DNA of 64,000 nucleotides from NCBI GenBank assembly GCA_963806185.1, contig CAWDXE010000007.1, positions 704,001 through 768,000 on the forward strand. The letters run 5' to 3'. The position numbers and the translations under genes are program-made. The notes under the pieces were generated by a model, which did not search any database, was not told the origin of the DNA, and saw only the letters and a program-made list of their open reading frames with translations. Source of the stretch: an uncultured candidate division Zixibacteria bacterium (GTDB lineage Bacteria > Zixibacteria > MSB-5A5 > GN15 > FEB-12). Positions 47,539 to 56,126 of the stretch are shown piece after piece (position 1 is the first letter of the stretch; every line of letters starts with the position of its first letter).

Positions 47539-47567
47539 AGTATAGGGGACAGGTTTGTTAGCGGCAA
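47539..47567 (-). promoter_or_regulatory. Sigma70 promoter giving a probable leaderless HIT mRNA
   Basis: TTGCCG-N17-TATACT-N5-ATG, no SD. Confidence 0.65.
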
Positions 47568-47687
47568 TGCCCGATTTGTCTATCCACGCCCCTTGCCAAG
47601 CGAAGCAGTTTTGCATAGATTTATAATTCGGCCTAAGCCGCATTGAATCTGAAAGTTACTAGTTTTCATTGTTGGAGGGTGTGACCG

Positions 47688-48437
47688 ATGTCTGGTCATT
47701 CAAAATGGGCAACCATCAAGCGGAAAAAAGGAAAACTTGACGCCGAGCGCGGCAAGGTTTTCACTCGGCTAATTAAGGAAATTTCCGTCGCGGCCCGCGA
47801 AGGGGGCGGCGATTCGGAAGGCAATCCCCGCCTTCGCACTGCTATCCTGGCCGCCAAGGCGGCCAACATGCCGGCTGACAACATCAAAAGAGCAATTCTC
47901 AAAGGCACCGGGCAGCTCCCGGGCGTGACCTATGAATCGATGAACTACGAGGGGTACGGCCCCGCCGGCGCTGCCATTTTCATGGAGGTTATGACGGACA
48001 ACAAAAACCGCACGGTCGCTGAGGTCCGACACATTCTGACGAAGTACGGCGGCAATCTCGGCTCGAGCGGCAGTGTCGCCTGGATGTTCGAAAAGAAGGG
48101 CGTCATCACTGTTGAATTGACTGCCGCCGAAGAGACGGCCCTGATGGAAATCGCCATGGACAGCGGCGCCGAAGATTTCTCGGCCGATGTCGGCGCGTAC
48201 GAGATTACCACGCCACCGGCTGATCTGGAATCTGTCCGCACGGCGCTGGAGAAAAAGGGAATCCACATGGTGTCGTCGGAAATTACTATGATTCCCAAGA
48301 ACTCCGTCAAAATCGACAAGGAGAACGACGCCTCGTCGATGCTCAAACTGATGGAATTGCTAGAAGAGCACGATGATATCCAAAAAGTCTATTCCAACTT
48401 CGATATCGACGAATCGATTTTGAACAAACTGGCCTGA
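47688..48437 (+). CDS. yebC: YebC/PmpR family protein
   Basis: MSGHSKWATIKRKK, NPRLR, YEGYGP, TDNKNRT, DDIQKVYSN. Confidence 0.95.
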   Translation: MSGHSKWATIKRKKGKLDAERGKVFTRLIKEISVAAREGGGDSEGNPRLRTAILAAKAANMPADNIKRAILKGTGQLPGVTYESMNYEGYGPAGAAIFMEVMTDNKNRTVAEVRHILTKYGGNLGSSGSVAWMFEKKGVITVELTAAEETALMEIAMDSGAEDFSADVGAYEITTPPADLESVRTALEKKGIHMVSSEITMIPKNSVKIDKENDASSMLKLMELLEEHDDIQKVYSNFDIDESILNKLA

Positions 48438-48491
48438 TCGGCCGGTTGATTGTACCATGGTGAGCCGCGAATACAGTCGGAGAGTTGACTG

Positions 48492-49265
48492 ATGCCTCTC
48501 CCGGCTCGTATTCGCGGTTTCCTTTTTGACCTCGATGGCGTAGTGTACGTTGGCGAAAACGCCATCCCGGGAGCGGGAGAAACCCTCCGTACGTTGAAGA
48601 AACGTGGCCTCCCGTGCCGTTTTACGACCAACACTACCACCATGTCGGTGACAAGCCTCCACCGCAAGTTGGTCGGCATGGACCTGCCAATTGAACGTCA
48701 CGAGCTCTTTACCGTAATCGATGCCGCTCGCTCCTATCTGCATTCGTTAGGCGACCCCCTCTGCCATTTTCTGCTGAGCGACTCTCCGCTTTCGGATTTT
48801 GCCGAATTTCGTCGGTCGGAAACCAAACCAGACATCGTCGTCGTTGGCGACATCGGGAAGCGGTGGACTTACGATCTGATGAATCGAATCTTTGGCATGA
48901 TGATCGACGGTGCGGAATTAGTCGCTTTGCACAAAGGTCGCTATTGGCAGGTGGAGGATGGTCTGCGGATGGACATTGGCGCTTTTGTCGCCGGGCTTGA
49001 GTATACGACCGGGAAGTCTGCCATCGTCATCGGCAAACCGTCAGTCCGGTTCTTCCACCTCGCCCTGGCAGAACTCGCATTGCCATCGGATCAGGTGATC
49101 ATGGTGGGAGATGACATCGTCAACGACATCGACGGTGCTCAGCAAGCGGGCATCTCCGCCGTTTTGGTGCGAACGGGCAAATTCCGAGAGGAACTGGTCG
49201 CCCGCTCCGGTGTGACGCCGGACGCGACCATCGATTCAATCGCCAACTTGATCGCTCTCCTATAA
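48492..49265 (+). CDS. HAD-IIA hydrolase (LHPP/HDHD2-like)
   Basis: FDLDGV, TNTT, GKPS, MVGDD..NDI.GA, VRTGKFR. Confidence 0.9.
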   Translation: MPLPARIRGFLFDLDGVVYVGENAIPGAGETLRTLKKRGLPCRFTTNTTTMSVTSLHRKLVGMDLPIERHELFTVIDAARSYLHSLGDPLCHFLLSDSPLSDFAEFRRSETKPDIVVVGDIGKRWTYDLMNRIFGMMIDGAELVALHKGRYWQVEDGLRMDIGAFVAGLEYTTGKSAIVIGKPSVRFFHLALAELALPSDQVIMVGDDIVNDIDGAQQAGISAVLVRTGKFREELVARSGVTPDATIDSIANLIALL

Positions 49266-49311
49266 TTGCATTCACTTTTGTATGACAAATTGTTGCTTCC
49301 CTTGGTGAAGC

Positions 49312-51363
49312 ATGTTAATTCGCCCTATGTCTGCTTGGAATCCATCAAGAATCGGGCGAGTTCTGACATCTATCAGACTGTCTCGACCATTCGTGGCGCT
49401 CCTCGGTTACTATCTGTTCGGGATGCTCCTCTTTTCGCTCGCCCGCCTGCTCTTCGTTGCCACGTTCTCCGATGCCATGTCCAATGTGCCCTTAACTGAA
49501 ATCCTGCTGGCCTGCGCCGTGGGACTCCGCTTTGATCAAGTGGTCGTTCTCTATCTGGCGCTGATTCCTCTGCTCGTACTGCCTTGGCTGCCCTCCGATA
49601 ATTGCTGGGTTCGACGCATTACTGTCGGTTGGTTCACCACCCTATACTCGTTGGCGTTTCTTGTTCTCCTGGTTGACATTCGGTTCTTCAATTATTTCGG
49701 TGCCCACCTGAATTTCCTGGCCCTCGAATACCTACACAGCACCGCCATCGTCTGGCATCTGGTGGTGACCGAACCGAAGTTTGTTCCCTACCTGATCTTG
49801 TGGTTCGCGCTGACGATGATCATCGGCTGGGTCATTAGACTGTATTATATGAAGACGTCTCCGATTCCTTCACGATTCTCCCTTCCCGTACAATGCCTCT
49901 GGATGTTTATCGCCCTTGCGTTGGTAGTTCTTGGGATTCGCGGGCGTACCGATCGTTCCCCAATAGATTGGTCAGTGGCTTACTTCAGTCAGAATCCAAC
50001 CGTAAACCAGTTGGGACTCAACGGGGTCTTCACTCTAACCCGTGCCTTTCTCGAAGAGGGAAGAGACCTCCGCCTCGTCTATCTGCCGGAAAATCGTCGT
50101 TTTCCGCTGATCGATACCCGGTCAGCACTGGACACTGCCCGCACAATGCTCCAAACGATCAACGATACCTTCGCCGTTGCCGACTCAAGCGTCCGTCGAC
50201 TTACCACCTACGCGGCTCCCGGCCTCGCCTATCACCCCAATGTCATCCTCGTGATCATGGAAAGTTGGTCAGGGAGGAATACAGGTGCGCTTGGCTCACG
50301 GCGCGGTCTTACCCCCTGCTTTGATTCGCTCGCCGCGCACGGTATGCTGTTCACGGATTTCTACGCCAACGGTGTGCGCACGAACTACGGACTCTCGGCC
50401 GTGCTCTGCTCGTTTCCGTCGCTGCCGGGGCGACCAATCCTTGGCCGCTATAACGCCAAGCACCCTTTCATAACACTGCCGGAAATCTTTGCAAGTCTCG
50501 GGTACGCCAATGTTTTCGCCTATGGCGGCGATCTGGTCTTCGACAATATGGAAGGGTTCTTCACCACCAAAGGGTACAGTCGGATGCTCGGTGAGCAGTG
50601 GTTCGGCGCTGAGAACGGATTTGCCAAATGGGGCGTCCCCGATCACATCGTCTTCGACCGTCTGACTAGACTCACTGATTCGCTTCCCCGGCCGTTCAAT
50701 CTGACGATCCTGACTCTCTCCAATCATGAACCGTTTGCCCTGCCCGATTCATCGCTGCGCAAATTTCCCGGCAATGACGACACGTCCAGAGTGTTCAACG
50801 CCCAGATTTATGCCGACTTTGCCCTCGGGAAGTTCATCGAGACCATGCGAACTCGACCCGTGTTCGACAGCACGCTGTTCGTCTTTGTGGCCGATCATGC
50901 CCGGATCGATCCCCACTACGATCCAACCAGTGTCCTCAACTTCCACATCCCGCTGCTCCTCTATGGACCTGGGGTGATCGGCAGCGACGGACGACGCATT
51001 GGAAGGGTCGGGGCGCAGGTCGATATTCTGCCTACTCTGCTCGGGTTGATAGGAGTCGAGAAAGTGACGCAGGAGAGCTGGGGGAGAAACCTGCTGGATC
51101 CTTCGCTCACCGACAGCGGTTACGCAACGGTCAGCAACTTCGATCGCATTGCGCTGATTGAAAAGTATCTCGAATATCGAGAGGTATTGGGTGGTCTGTC
51201 ATCGCTCATTGCCTTGCCGTTGGGGCCGGGCAAGCCTGTAGAACTGCGGAGCGTCAACCCTGTTGATTACCTGAGAATGCAGGGACGGCTGCGCTACTTC
51301 ATGCAAGCGGCGGAGCAGTCCGCCACGCCGCTACCTCCGGATCATCACAGCAACCCAAAATGA
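49312..51363 (+). CDS. LTA synthase/phosphoglycerol transferase-like membrane sulfatase-family protein
   Basis: 5 N-terminal TMs; PNVILVIMES, RT, TLSNHEPF, YAD, VADH, QVDILPT. Confidence 0.88.
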   Translation: MLIRPMSAWNPSRIGRVLTSIRLSRPFVALLGYYLFGMLLFSLARLLFVATFSDAMSNVPLTEILLACAVGLRFDQVVVLYLALIPLLVLPWLPSDNCWVRRITVGWFTTLYSLAFLVLLVDIRFFNYFGAHLNFLALEYLHSTAIVWHLVVTEPKFVPYLILWFALTMIIGWVIRLYYMKTSPIPSRFSLPVQCLWMFIALALVVLGIRGRTDRSPIDWSVAYFSQNPTVNQLGLNGVFTLTRAFLEEGRDLRLVYLPENRRFPLIDTRSALDTARTMLQTINDTFAVADSSVRRLTTYAAPGLAYHPNVILVIMESWSGRNTGALGSRRGLTPCFDSLAAHGMLFTDFYANGVRTNYGLSAVLCSFPSLPGRPILGRYNAKHPFITLPEIFASLGYANVFAYGGDLVFDNMEGFFTTKGYSRMLGEQWFGAENGFAKWGVPDHIVFDRLTRLTDSLPRPFNLTILTLSNHEPFALPDSSLRKFPGNDDTSRVFNAQIYADFALGKFIETMRTRPVFDSTLFVFVADHARIDPHYDPTSVLNFHIPLLLYGPGVIGSDGRRIGRVGAQVDILPTLLGLIGVEKVTQESWGRNLLDPSLTDSGYATVSNFDRIALIEKYLEYREVLGGLSSLIALPLGPGKPVELRSVNPVDYLRMQGRLRYFMQAAEQSATPLPPDHHSNPK

Positions 51364-51419
51364 ACGGCCGGCAGCCCAGTGACTGCCGACCTACTCGTAG
51401 CCCGGAGTCGATCGGACGA

Positions 51420-51776
51420 CTATGGCATCGTCGTCTGACGGTTAAACTCTTTGAGCTTCCTCTGCGCCAGTGGATAGTAAATCAGAAATGCGATACCGGC
51501 CATGACGAAGACCAGCCCAAGAATAGCCTCATCCTCAAGGTAGTCCGACCAAATCTGCCCTATCATGGCTGCCAGCCCTATGGCCACCAGCACCATGCCC
51601 CATTTGAGGCTGGAGAGGACATTGTTGAGCGGATTGCCGACCCAGAGATGTTTTGTCCGTTCGTCAACTAACCCGCTGGAGATCAGCCGATTGCGAGTCA
51701 TCGTGTCGGCAATTGTGCGGATAATCGCCACAAATGATCCGAAGACGATTAGGCATATCAGAACATCTTGATCCAT
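51420..51776 (-). CDS. Small 3-TM membrane protein divergent from the ECF sigma gene (DUF6249-like)
   Basis: AGGAGG RBS; SLKWGMVLVAIGL motif; hydrophobic helices. Confidence 0.75.
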   Translation of the reverse strand: MDQDVLICLIVFGSFVAIIRTIADTMTRNRLISSGLVDERTKHLWVGNPLNNVLSSLKWGMVLVAIGLAAMIGQIWSDYLEDEAILGLVFVMAGIAFLIYYPLAQRKLKEFNRQTTMP

Positions 51777-51813
51777 TGTAACCTCCTAGAGTTTCTCGTC
51801 GATCTACTCCATC

Positions 51814-51880
51814 TGACCGCTCCCTTCCACCCAATGTTGCACTCTCGCCGTTGCAACTTTTGACGCAGGCTACCCGTCTA
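51814..51880. promoter_or_regulatory. Back-to-back ECF-type promoters
   Basis: Plus strand TGCAAC-N17-CGTCTA (51852-51880); minus strand TGCAAC-N17-GGTCA (51841-51814). Confidence 0.65.
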
Positions 51881-51899
51881 ATCGGAAAAGGGAACCACT

Positions 51900-52472
51900 G
51901 TGTCAGGTATTGAATTAACCATCGATCGCGTCCTCACCGGCGACCGGGCGGCCTTTGCCGTGATTGTCGAGGGCCATCGACGGCTGGTTTATCAGATTGT
52001 GTCCCGGATGATAGTCGGCGAGACCGATCGCGAAGATCTCTGCCAGGAGGTGTTCGTCAAGGTCTATCAGAATCTGGCCCGCTTTCAGGGTCAGGCCAAA
52101 TTCTCGACCTGGGTCGCCAAAATCACCTGCAATACCTGCCTGCACTTTCTGGAGAAGAAGCGGCCGGAATTGTATGACGATTTGTCTGATGGCGAATCGA
52201 CTATCGAAGATCATGCCGCCGACCTGCCGTCGCCGGCCGACTTCACGCAACAACGCGACATGGCAATCCGCATTAGCGAGGAGATCGACCGCCTGCCGGT
52301 GCACCTGGGCATTGTGGTCACACTCTATCATCTTCACGGCATGGCGTATACCGAGATTTCCGAAATACTCGGACTGCCGGACGGCACGGTCAAGAGCCAT
52401 CTGTTCCGGGGGCGGGAATTGCTGAAAAAGCAAATCCTGGCCAGATTCAATCGGGAGGAATTATGCGCGTAG
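51900..52472 (+). CDS. ECF RNA polymerase sigma factor (SigW-like)
   Basis: EDLCQEVFVKVY, FSTWV (sigma2); YTEISEILGLPDGTVKSHLFRGR (sigma4). Confidence 0.93.
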   Translation: MSGIELTIDRVLTGDRAAFAVIVEGHRRLVYQIVSRMIVGETDREDLCQEVFVKVYQNLARFQGQAKFSTWVAKITCNTCLHFLEKKRPELYDDLSDGESTIEDHAADLPSPADFTQQRDMAIRISEEIDRLPVHLGIVVTLYHLHGMAYTEISEILGLPDGTVKSHLFRGRELLKKQILARFNREELCA

Positions 52473-53002
52473 AACAGGAACATCTCAGCGATACGGATAT
52501 ACAACAACTGCTGGACGATACCTTCGAATCGACGATTGAACATCGACGGCACTTGATGGTCTGCCACCAGTGTCAGGATACCCTGCTCGACTACAAGCTT
52601 CTCACGGCACAATTGGGGATGGTAACGTCCACCGACCAACTCCCGGCGACTTTCACGCAATCGGTAATGAACCGGCTGGCGGAACTCGACGAACAGGCTT
52701 CGGTGCGCAGGAAATGGTATGTCCTGCCGGCCGTGGGATCTATCGTGGCCATGCTGGTCGCCACCGGTATCGCCCTGATCGCTGACTTTCAGCCGCTCTT
52801 GCCGGGAGTGAAGGACCTGTTGATTGCAGGTCTGTCAGCGGAGCTGGCGGCCAAAATCCAACCGACCATCACCGCCGTTCAATCTGCTCTCAAGCCGACC
52901 CAACCGCTTGCGTTTGCCACCGCCGCGGCGCTGGCCTTATCGCTCGTCAGCCTCGTTGAGGCAGCCTTGCTTCGGCCGCTCAAGGCCCGCCTCGGCCGCT
53001 AG
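52463..53002 (+). CDS. Zinc-binding membrane anti-sigma factor
   Basis: HLMVCHQC (HxxxCxxC), two TM helices, overlaps the sigma stop. Confidence 0.8.
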   Translation: MRVEQEHLSDTDIQQLLDDTFESTIEHRRHLMVCHQCQDTLLDYKLLTAQLGMVTSTDQLPATFTQSVMNRLAELDEQASVRRKWYVLPAVGSIVAMLVATGIALIADFQPLLPGVKDLLIAGLSAELAAKIQPTITAVQSALKPTQPLAFATAAALALSLVSLVEAALLRPLKARLGR

Positions 53003-53011
53003 CCTCAATTC

Positions 53012-54421
53012 CTATTGGCACGAGCCGAGCGGAGCGGAGGTGAGGAAGAGAAACCCTATAAGTCGGGTCAAATCGCCGATATCAACATTGCCGTCAAGCG
53101 AACCATCCGTGTTTGCCTCCCCCGTGCAGATTGTTGCTCCCCCCAGAAACAAGAATTGGACCAGCGTTGTCAGGTCGCCCACGTCAATAGACTGATCCGC
53201 CGAATTGTCGACGTTGCCCGTTATACCCTCGCAACACGGACCGCACGAAAACGCCGCTCCGGTTGGGACTATTTTCACCACCGTCCCTGAATTGAGATTG
53301 CAGATATACATCTCGCCGAAATAGTCCTCGCCAAATGACACCAGGTCGTAGTTGTTCCGTCCGATTTGAGCATCCAGGCTTGTCACGTCAGTGACGATGC
53401 CGTTTGTCTGGGTGAGAGCCCAGATCTCACCCGAACAATAGTCACCAAATAAATAGGCACCCTGTAAATCAGGTATCGCGCACCCCCGATAGACATACCC
53501 GCCGGTAATGGAGCAACGGGAGATTTCATGCAGATATTCCCAGATCGGATCGGTCAAGCCGACCAGCGTGTCACACCCGGTCGACGGAGTGTAACAATGG
53601 GTACCCTCTTTGAGTCGCCATCCGAAGTTGGCCCCACCGGTACTCGACGCCGGCTGCCAATCGATCTCTTCCCATTGGCCTTGCCCAACGTCGGCGATGA
53701 GCATATCTCCTGTGAGTCGATCGAAGCTCCACCGCCAGGGGTTGCGCAGCCCCTTCACCCAGATTTCAGGGAGGGGGGAAACCTGACCGAAATATGGATT
53801 CGACGGTGGAATCGAATACCCGCCTGCCGCCGTCGTGTCCGCCTCGATTCGCAGCATCTTGCCCAGCAGCGACAGGGGACTCTGGGCGTAGTTGCTCGGG
53901 TCACCGGCCGAACCACCGTCGCCAAGGCCGATGTACAAATATCCGTCCGGTCCGAACGCCATCATGCCGCCATTATGATTTGATGCCGGCTGAGGTACGG
54001 TGAGGACCAGCTTTTCACTCGACACGTCGGCGCTGTCGGCATTGCCGGTCACGTGAAACCTCGATACGACCGTTCGTCCGTCCGTCTTGGCCGTGTAGTA
54101 GACAAAGAAGATACCGTTGTTCTGGTAGTCCGGATGAAACGTCAGGCCGAGCAACCCTTGCTCATTTCCCGTTGAAAGAACCCCCGTGTGAATGTCGAGA
54201 AAGGATGAATCCAACAAAACACCGCTCTTGACTATCCGGATGTAGCCGGCCTGTTCAATAATGAACAGCCGGGTCGAATCGCCCGGTGCGGCCGTGACGA
54301 AGATCGGCCGGGTCAAGCCTGACGCTATCGGCAGCGTCTTGAGAGAATAGGCGAAAAGTGATTCGCCGGTCAATACGGCCAGAACCACACTAATCAGCAC
54401 AATTACGGTACGACGAAACAT
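53012..54421 (-). CDS. PQQ-dependent sugar dehydrogenase family (GSDH beta-propeller) with C-terminal dockerin-like module
   Basis: Signal peptide; EQGLLGLTFHPDY, NHNGG.MAFGPDGYLYI..GDGG, GLRNPWR.SFD, DVGQ..WEEID. Tail CCEGITGNVD...IDVGDLTTLVQFLF...VDIGDLTRLIGFLF. Confidence 0.9.
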   Translation of the reverse strand: MFRRTVIVLISVVLAVLTGESLFAYSLKTLPIASGLTRPIFVTAAPGDSTRLFIIEQAGYIRIVKSGVLLDSSFLDIHTGVLSTGNEQGLLGLTFHPDYQNNGIFFVYYTAKTDGRTVVSRFHVTGNADSADVSSEKLVLTVPQPASNHNGGMMAFGPDGYLYIGLGDGGSAGDPSNYAQSPLSLLGKMLRIEADTTAAGGYSIPPSNPYFGQVSPLPEIWVKGLRNPWRWSFDRLTGDMLIADVGQGQWEEIDWQPASSTGGANFGWRLKEGTHCYTPSTGCDTLVGLTDPIWEYLHEISRCSITGGYVYRGCAIPDLQGAYLFGDYCSGEIWALTQTNGIVTDVTSLDAQIGRNNYDLVSFGEDYFGEMYICNLNSGTVVKIVPTGAAFSCGPCCEGITGNVDNSADQSIDVGDLTTLVQFLFLGGATICTGEANTDGSLDGNVDIGDLTRLIGFLFLTSAPLGSCQ

Positions 54422-54716
54422 GATGCACTCCCGGATGAAGTGGTGGGTACGATAACGGCGGCAACTCGTTGATAATATACTAACTTAGTCCAATTTAGTC
54501 AAGCGAAAGCTGCCCGCCTGAACCTCCGATCTTAATCCTTCGATCTTTTTCTTCGTCTCAACGTAGACGATATTTGTATATTATGACGAAGGGCCATTTT
54601 TTGAACCGCGGCTGTCACTGCACTGGCAACCAAATGCGCCTGCGCAAGCCATCGGCGCCGCGAACATGGCTGGACTCCGGCCAACCGGCCGGCCGGCATT
54701 AGGGAGGATATTCGAT

Positions 54717-55538
54717 ATGGACCAACTGACGACAGCCGTTGAACACCATTATGGGACCGGCCGCATCATGCAGAACATCATGGCCGCCATGCAAAACGCC
54801 GGCAAAGACCTGGGGAATCTGACGCTCGATGATCTGGCGCCGGTCGACGAATTTCATATCCGCGGTCGCGAGGGAACCATGGAGTTGGCCGGACTGGTGC
54901 CCCTTAAACCTGGAACTCGCGTGCTCGACGTCGGCTGCGGCATCGGCGGCTCTTCGCGCTATCTGGCGATCACCTACAAGTGCAAGGTGACAGGGGTCGA
55001 TTTAACTCACGAATTTGTACACGTGGCCGCAAAGCTCTCGCACATGATCGGCCTCGACGGTTCCATCGATTACCAGCAGGGCAGTGCTCTCGATTTGCCG
55101 TTTGAGGATAAGTCGTTCGACGTCTCCTGGACGCAGCACGTGCAGATGAACATCGCGGATAAGCACAAATTCTACGCGGAAATGGCTCGCGTGCTGGTAC
55201 CGGGCGGGCGCCTGGTGTTCCACGACATCTTTCGGGGCCCGAGCGGTGATCCCCATTATCCGGTGCCGTGGGCGGATGATCCGTCAATCAGTTCTCTTGT
55301 CACGCCTGATACCGCTCTTGAGATTTGCGCAAATCTCGGTTTGCGGAAACAGGTCTGGGAGGATACCACGCAAAAGTCGCTGGCCTGGATCGAGATGATG
55401 GCCAGTCGGCCGCCCGCACCCGATCGCCCCGGCCTCAACGTCCTCATGGAAGCGGCGACCAAGGTGAAAATGGGGAACATCATACGGAGTCTGAAAGAGA
55501 ACCGCCTCGCCGTCATTCAGGCGGTCTGGCAGAAATAG
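54717..55538 (+). CDS. Class I SAM-dependent methyltransferase (sarcosine/dimethylglycine N-methyltransferase-like)
   Basis: DEFHIRG, VLDVGCGIGG, GVDLT, LPFED.SFD, QHVQMNI, YPVPWA; GGAGG RBS before ATG 54717. Confidence 0.85.
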   Translation: MDQLTTAVEHHYGTGRIMQNIMAAMQNAGKDLGNLTLDDLAPVDEFHIRGREGTMELAGLVPLKPGTRVLDVGCGIGGSSRYLAITYKCKVTGVDLTHEFVHVAAKLSHMIGLDGSIDYQQGSALDLPFEDKSFDVSWTQHVQMNIADKHKFYAEMARVLVPGGRLVFHDIFRGPSGDPHYPVPWADDPSISSLVTPDTALEICANLGLRKQVWEDTTQKSLAWIEMMASRPPAPDRPGLNVLMEAATKVKMGNIIRSLKENRLAVIQAVWQK

Positions 55539-55573
55539 TAGCTTTCGGATTACCCGATCTCACCCGCTAGATT

Positions 55574-56057
55574 GTCATTCTGGGCCTCGTCGAGGCCCAG
55601 AATCCATGGGGCGATCATTGCGTCGCTGATGCCGCCTCCCCAATCACATAACTTCGACATCAACGAGTCATCGCGAGGCTCGTCTTCGAGCCGTGGCGAT
55701 CTCTCAGTACATAGGTTCGGGCCTACAGTTAGCGGCTCGACGGCTTTCCATTTTACTCACATAACGCCCAATCATTGTCATCGGGTGAATGCTACCACAT
55801 CTCACGCAAAACGGCTGGCGCACGAGACGTACGCCAGCCACTAGTCATTGTCATGCCGGCGAAAGCTGGTATCCAGAGTAGAATTTGCATACGAATCATG
55901 CTTCGACGGAGTTTATCCTGAGCGAAGCCGAAGGGCTCAGCATGACGCTACGCGATGACGAAGGCCATTGTGTTGAGTCGAAACCGAAGCGGTTTCGACC
56001 TACAGGGGAGACCTGAAAGATCGCCACGGCGCGTTCAGAAACGCGCCTCGGGATGAC
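55574..56057. repeat. Dense mosaic of at least seven palindromic REP-like elements (GTCAT- and GTAG/GTGG-tagged)
   Basis: Examples: GTCATTCTGGGCCTCGTCGAGGCCCAGAATCC; GTCATCGCGAGG...CCGTGGCGATCT with an inverted partner at 56018-56057; GTCATGCCGGCGAAAGCTGGTATCCAG; GTCGAAACC-GAAGC-GGTTTCGACCTAC. Confidence 0.8.
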
Positions 56058-56126
56058 AAGAATTGGGAACCCCATGCCCCCCGTCTTGCGGTGGATCACT
56101 CTTAATCCGATGCACAGAGAGGGAAG

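Noticed and set aside
54585..54716. GC-rich leader of the methyltransferase as a SAH/SAM/ZTP riboswitch
   Set aside because: I could not match the conserved cores of these classes by eye; an Rfam scan would be needed.
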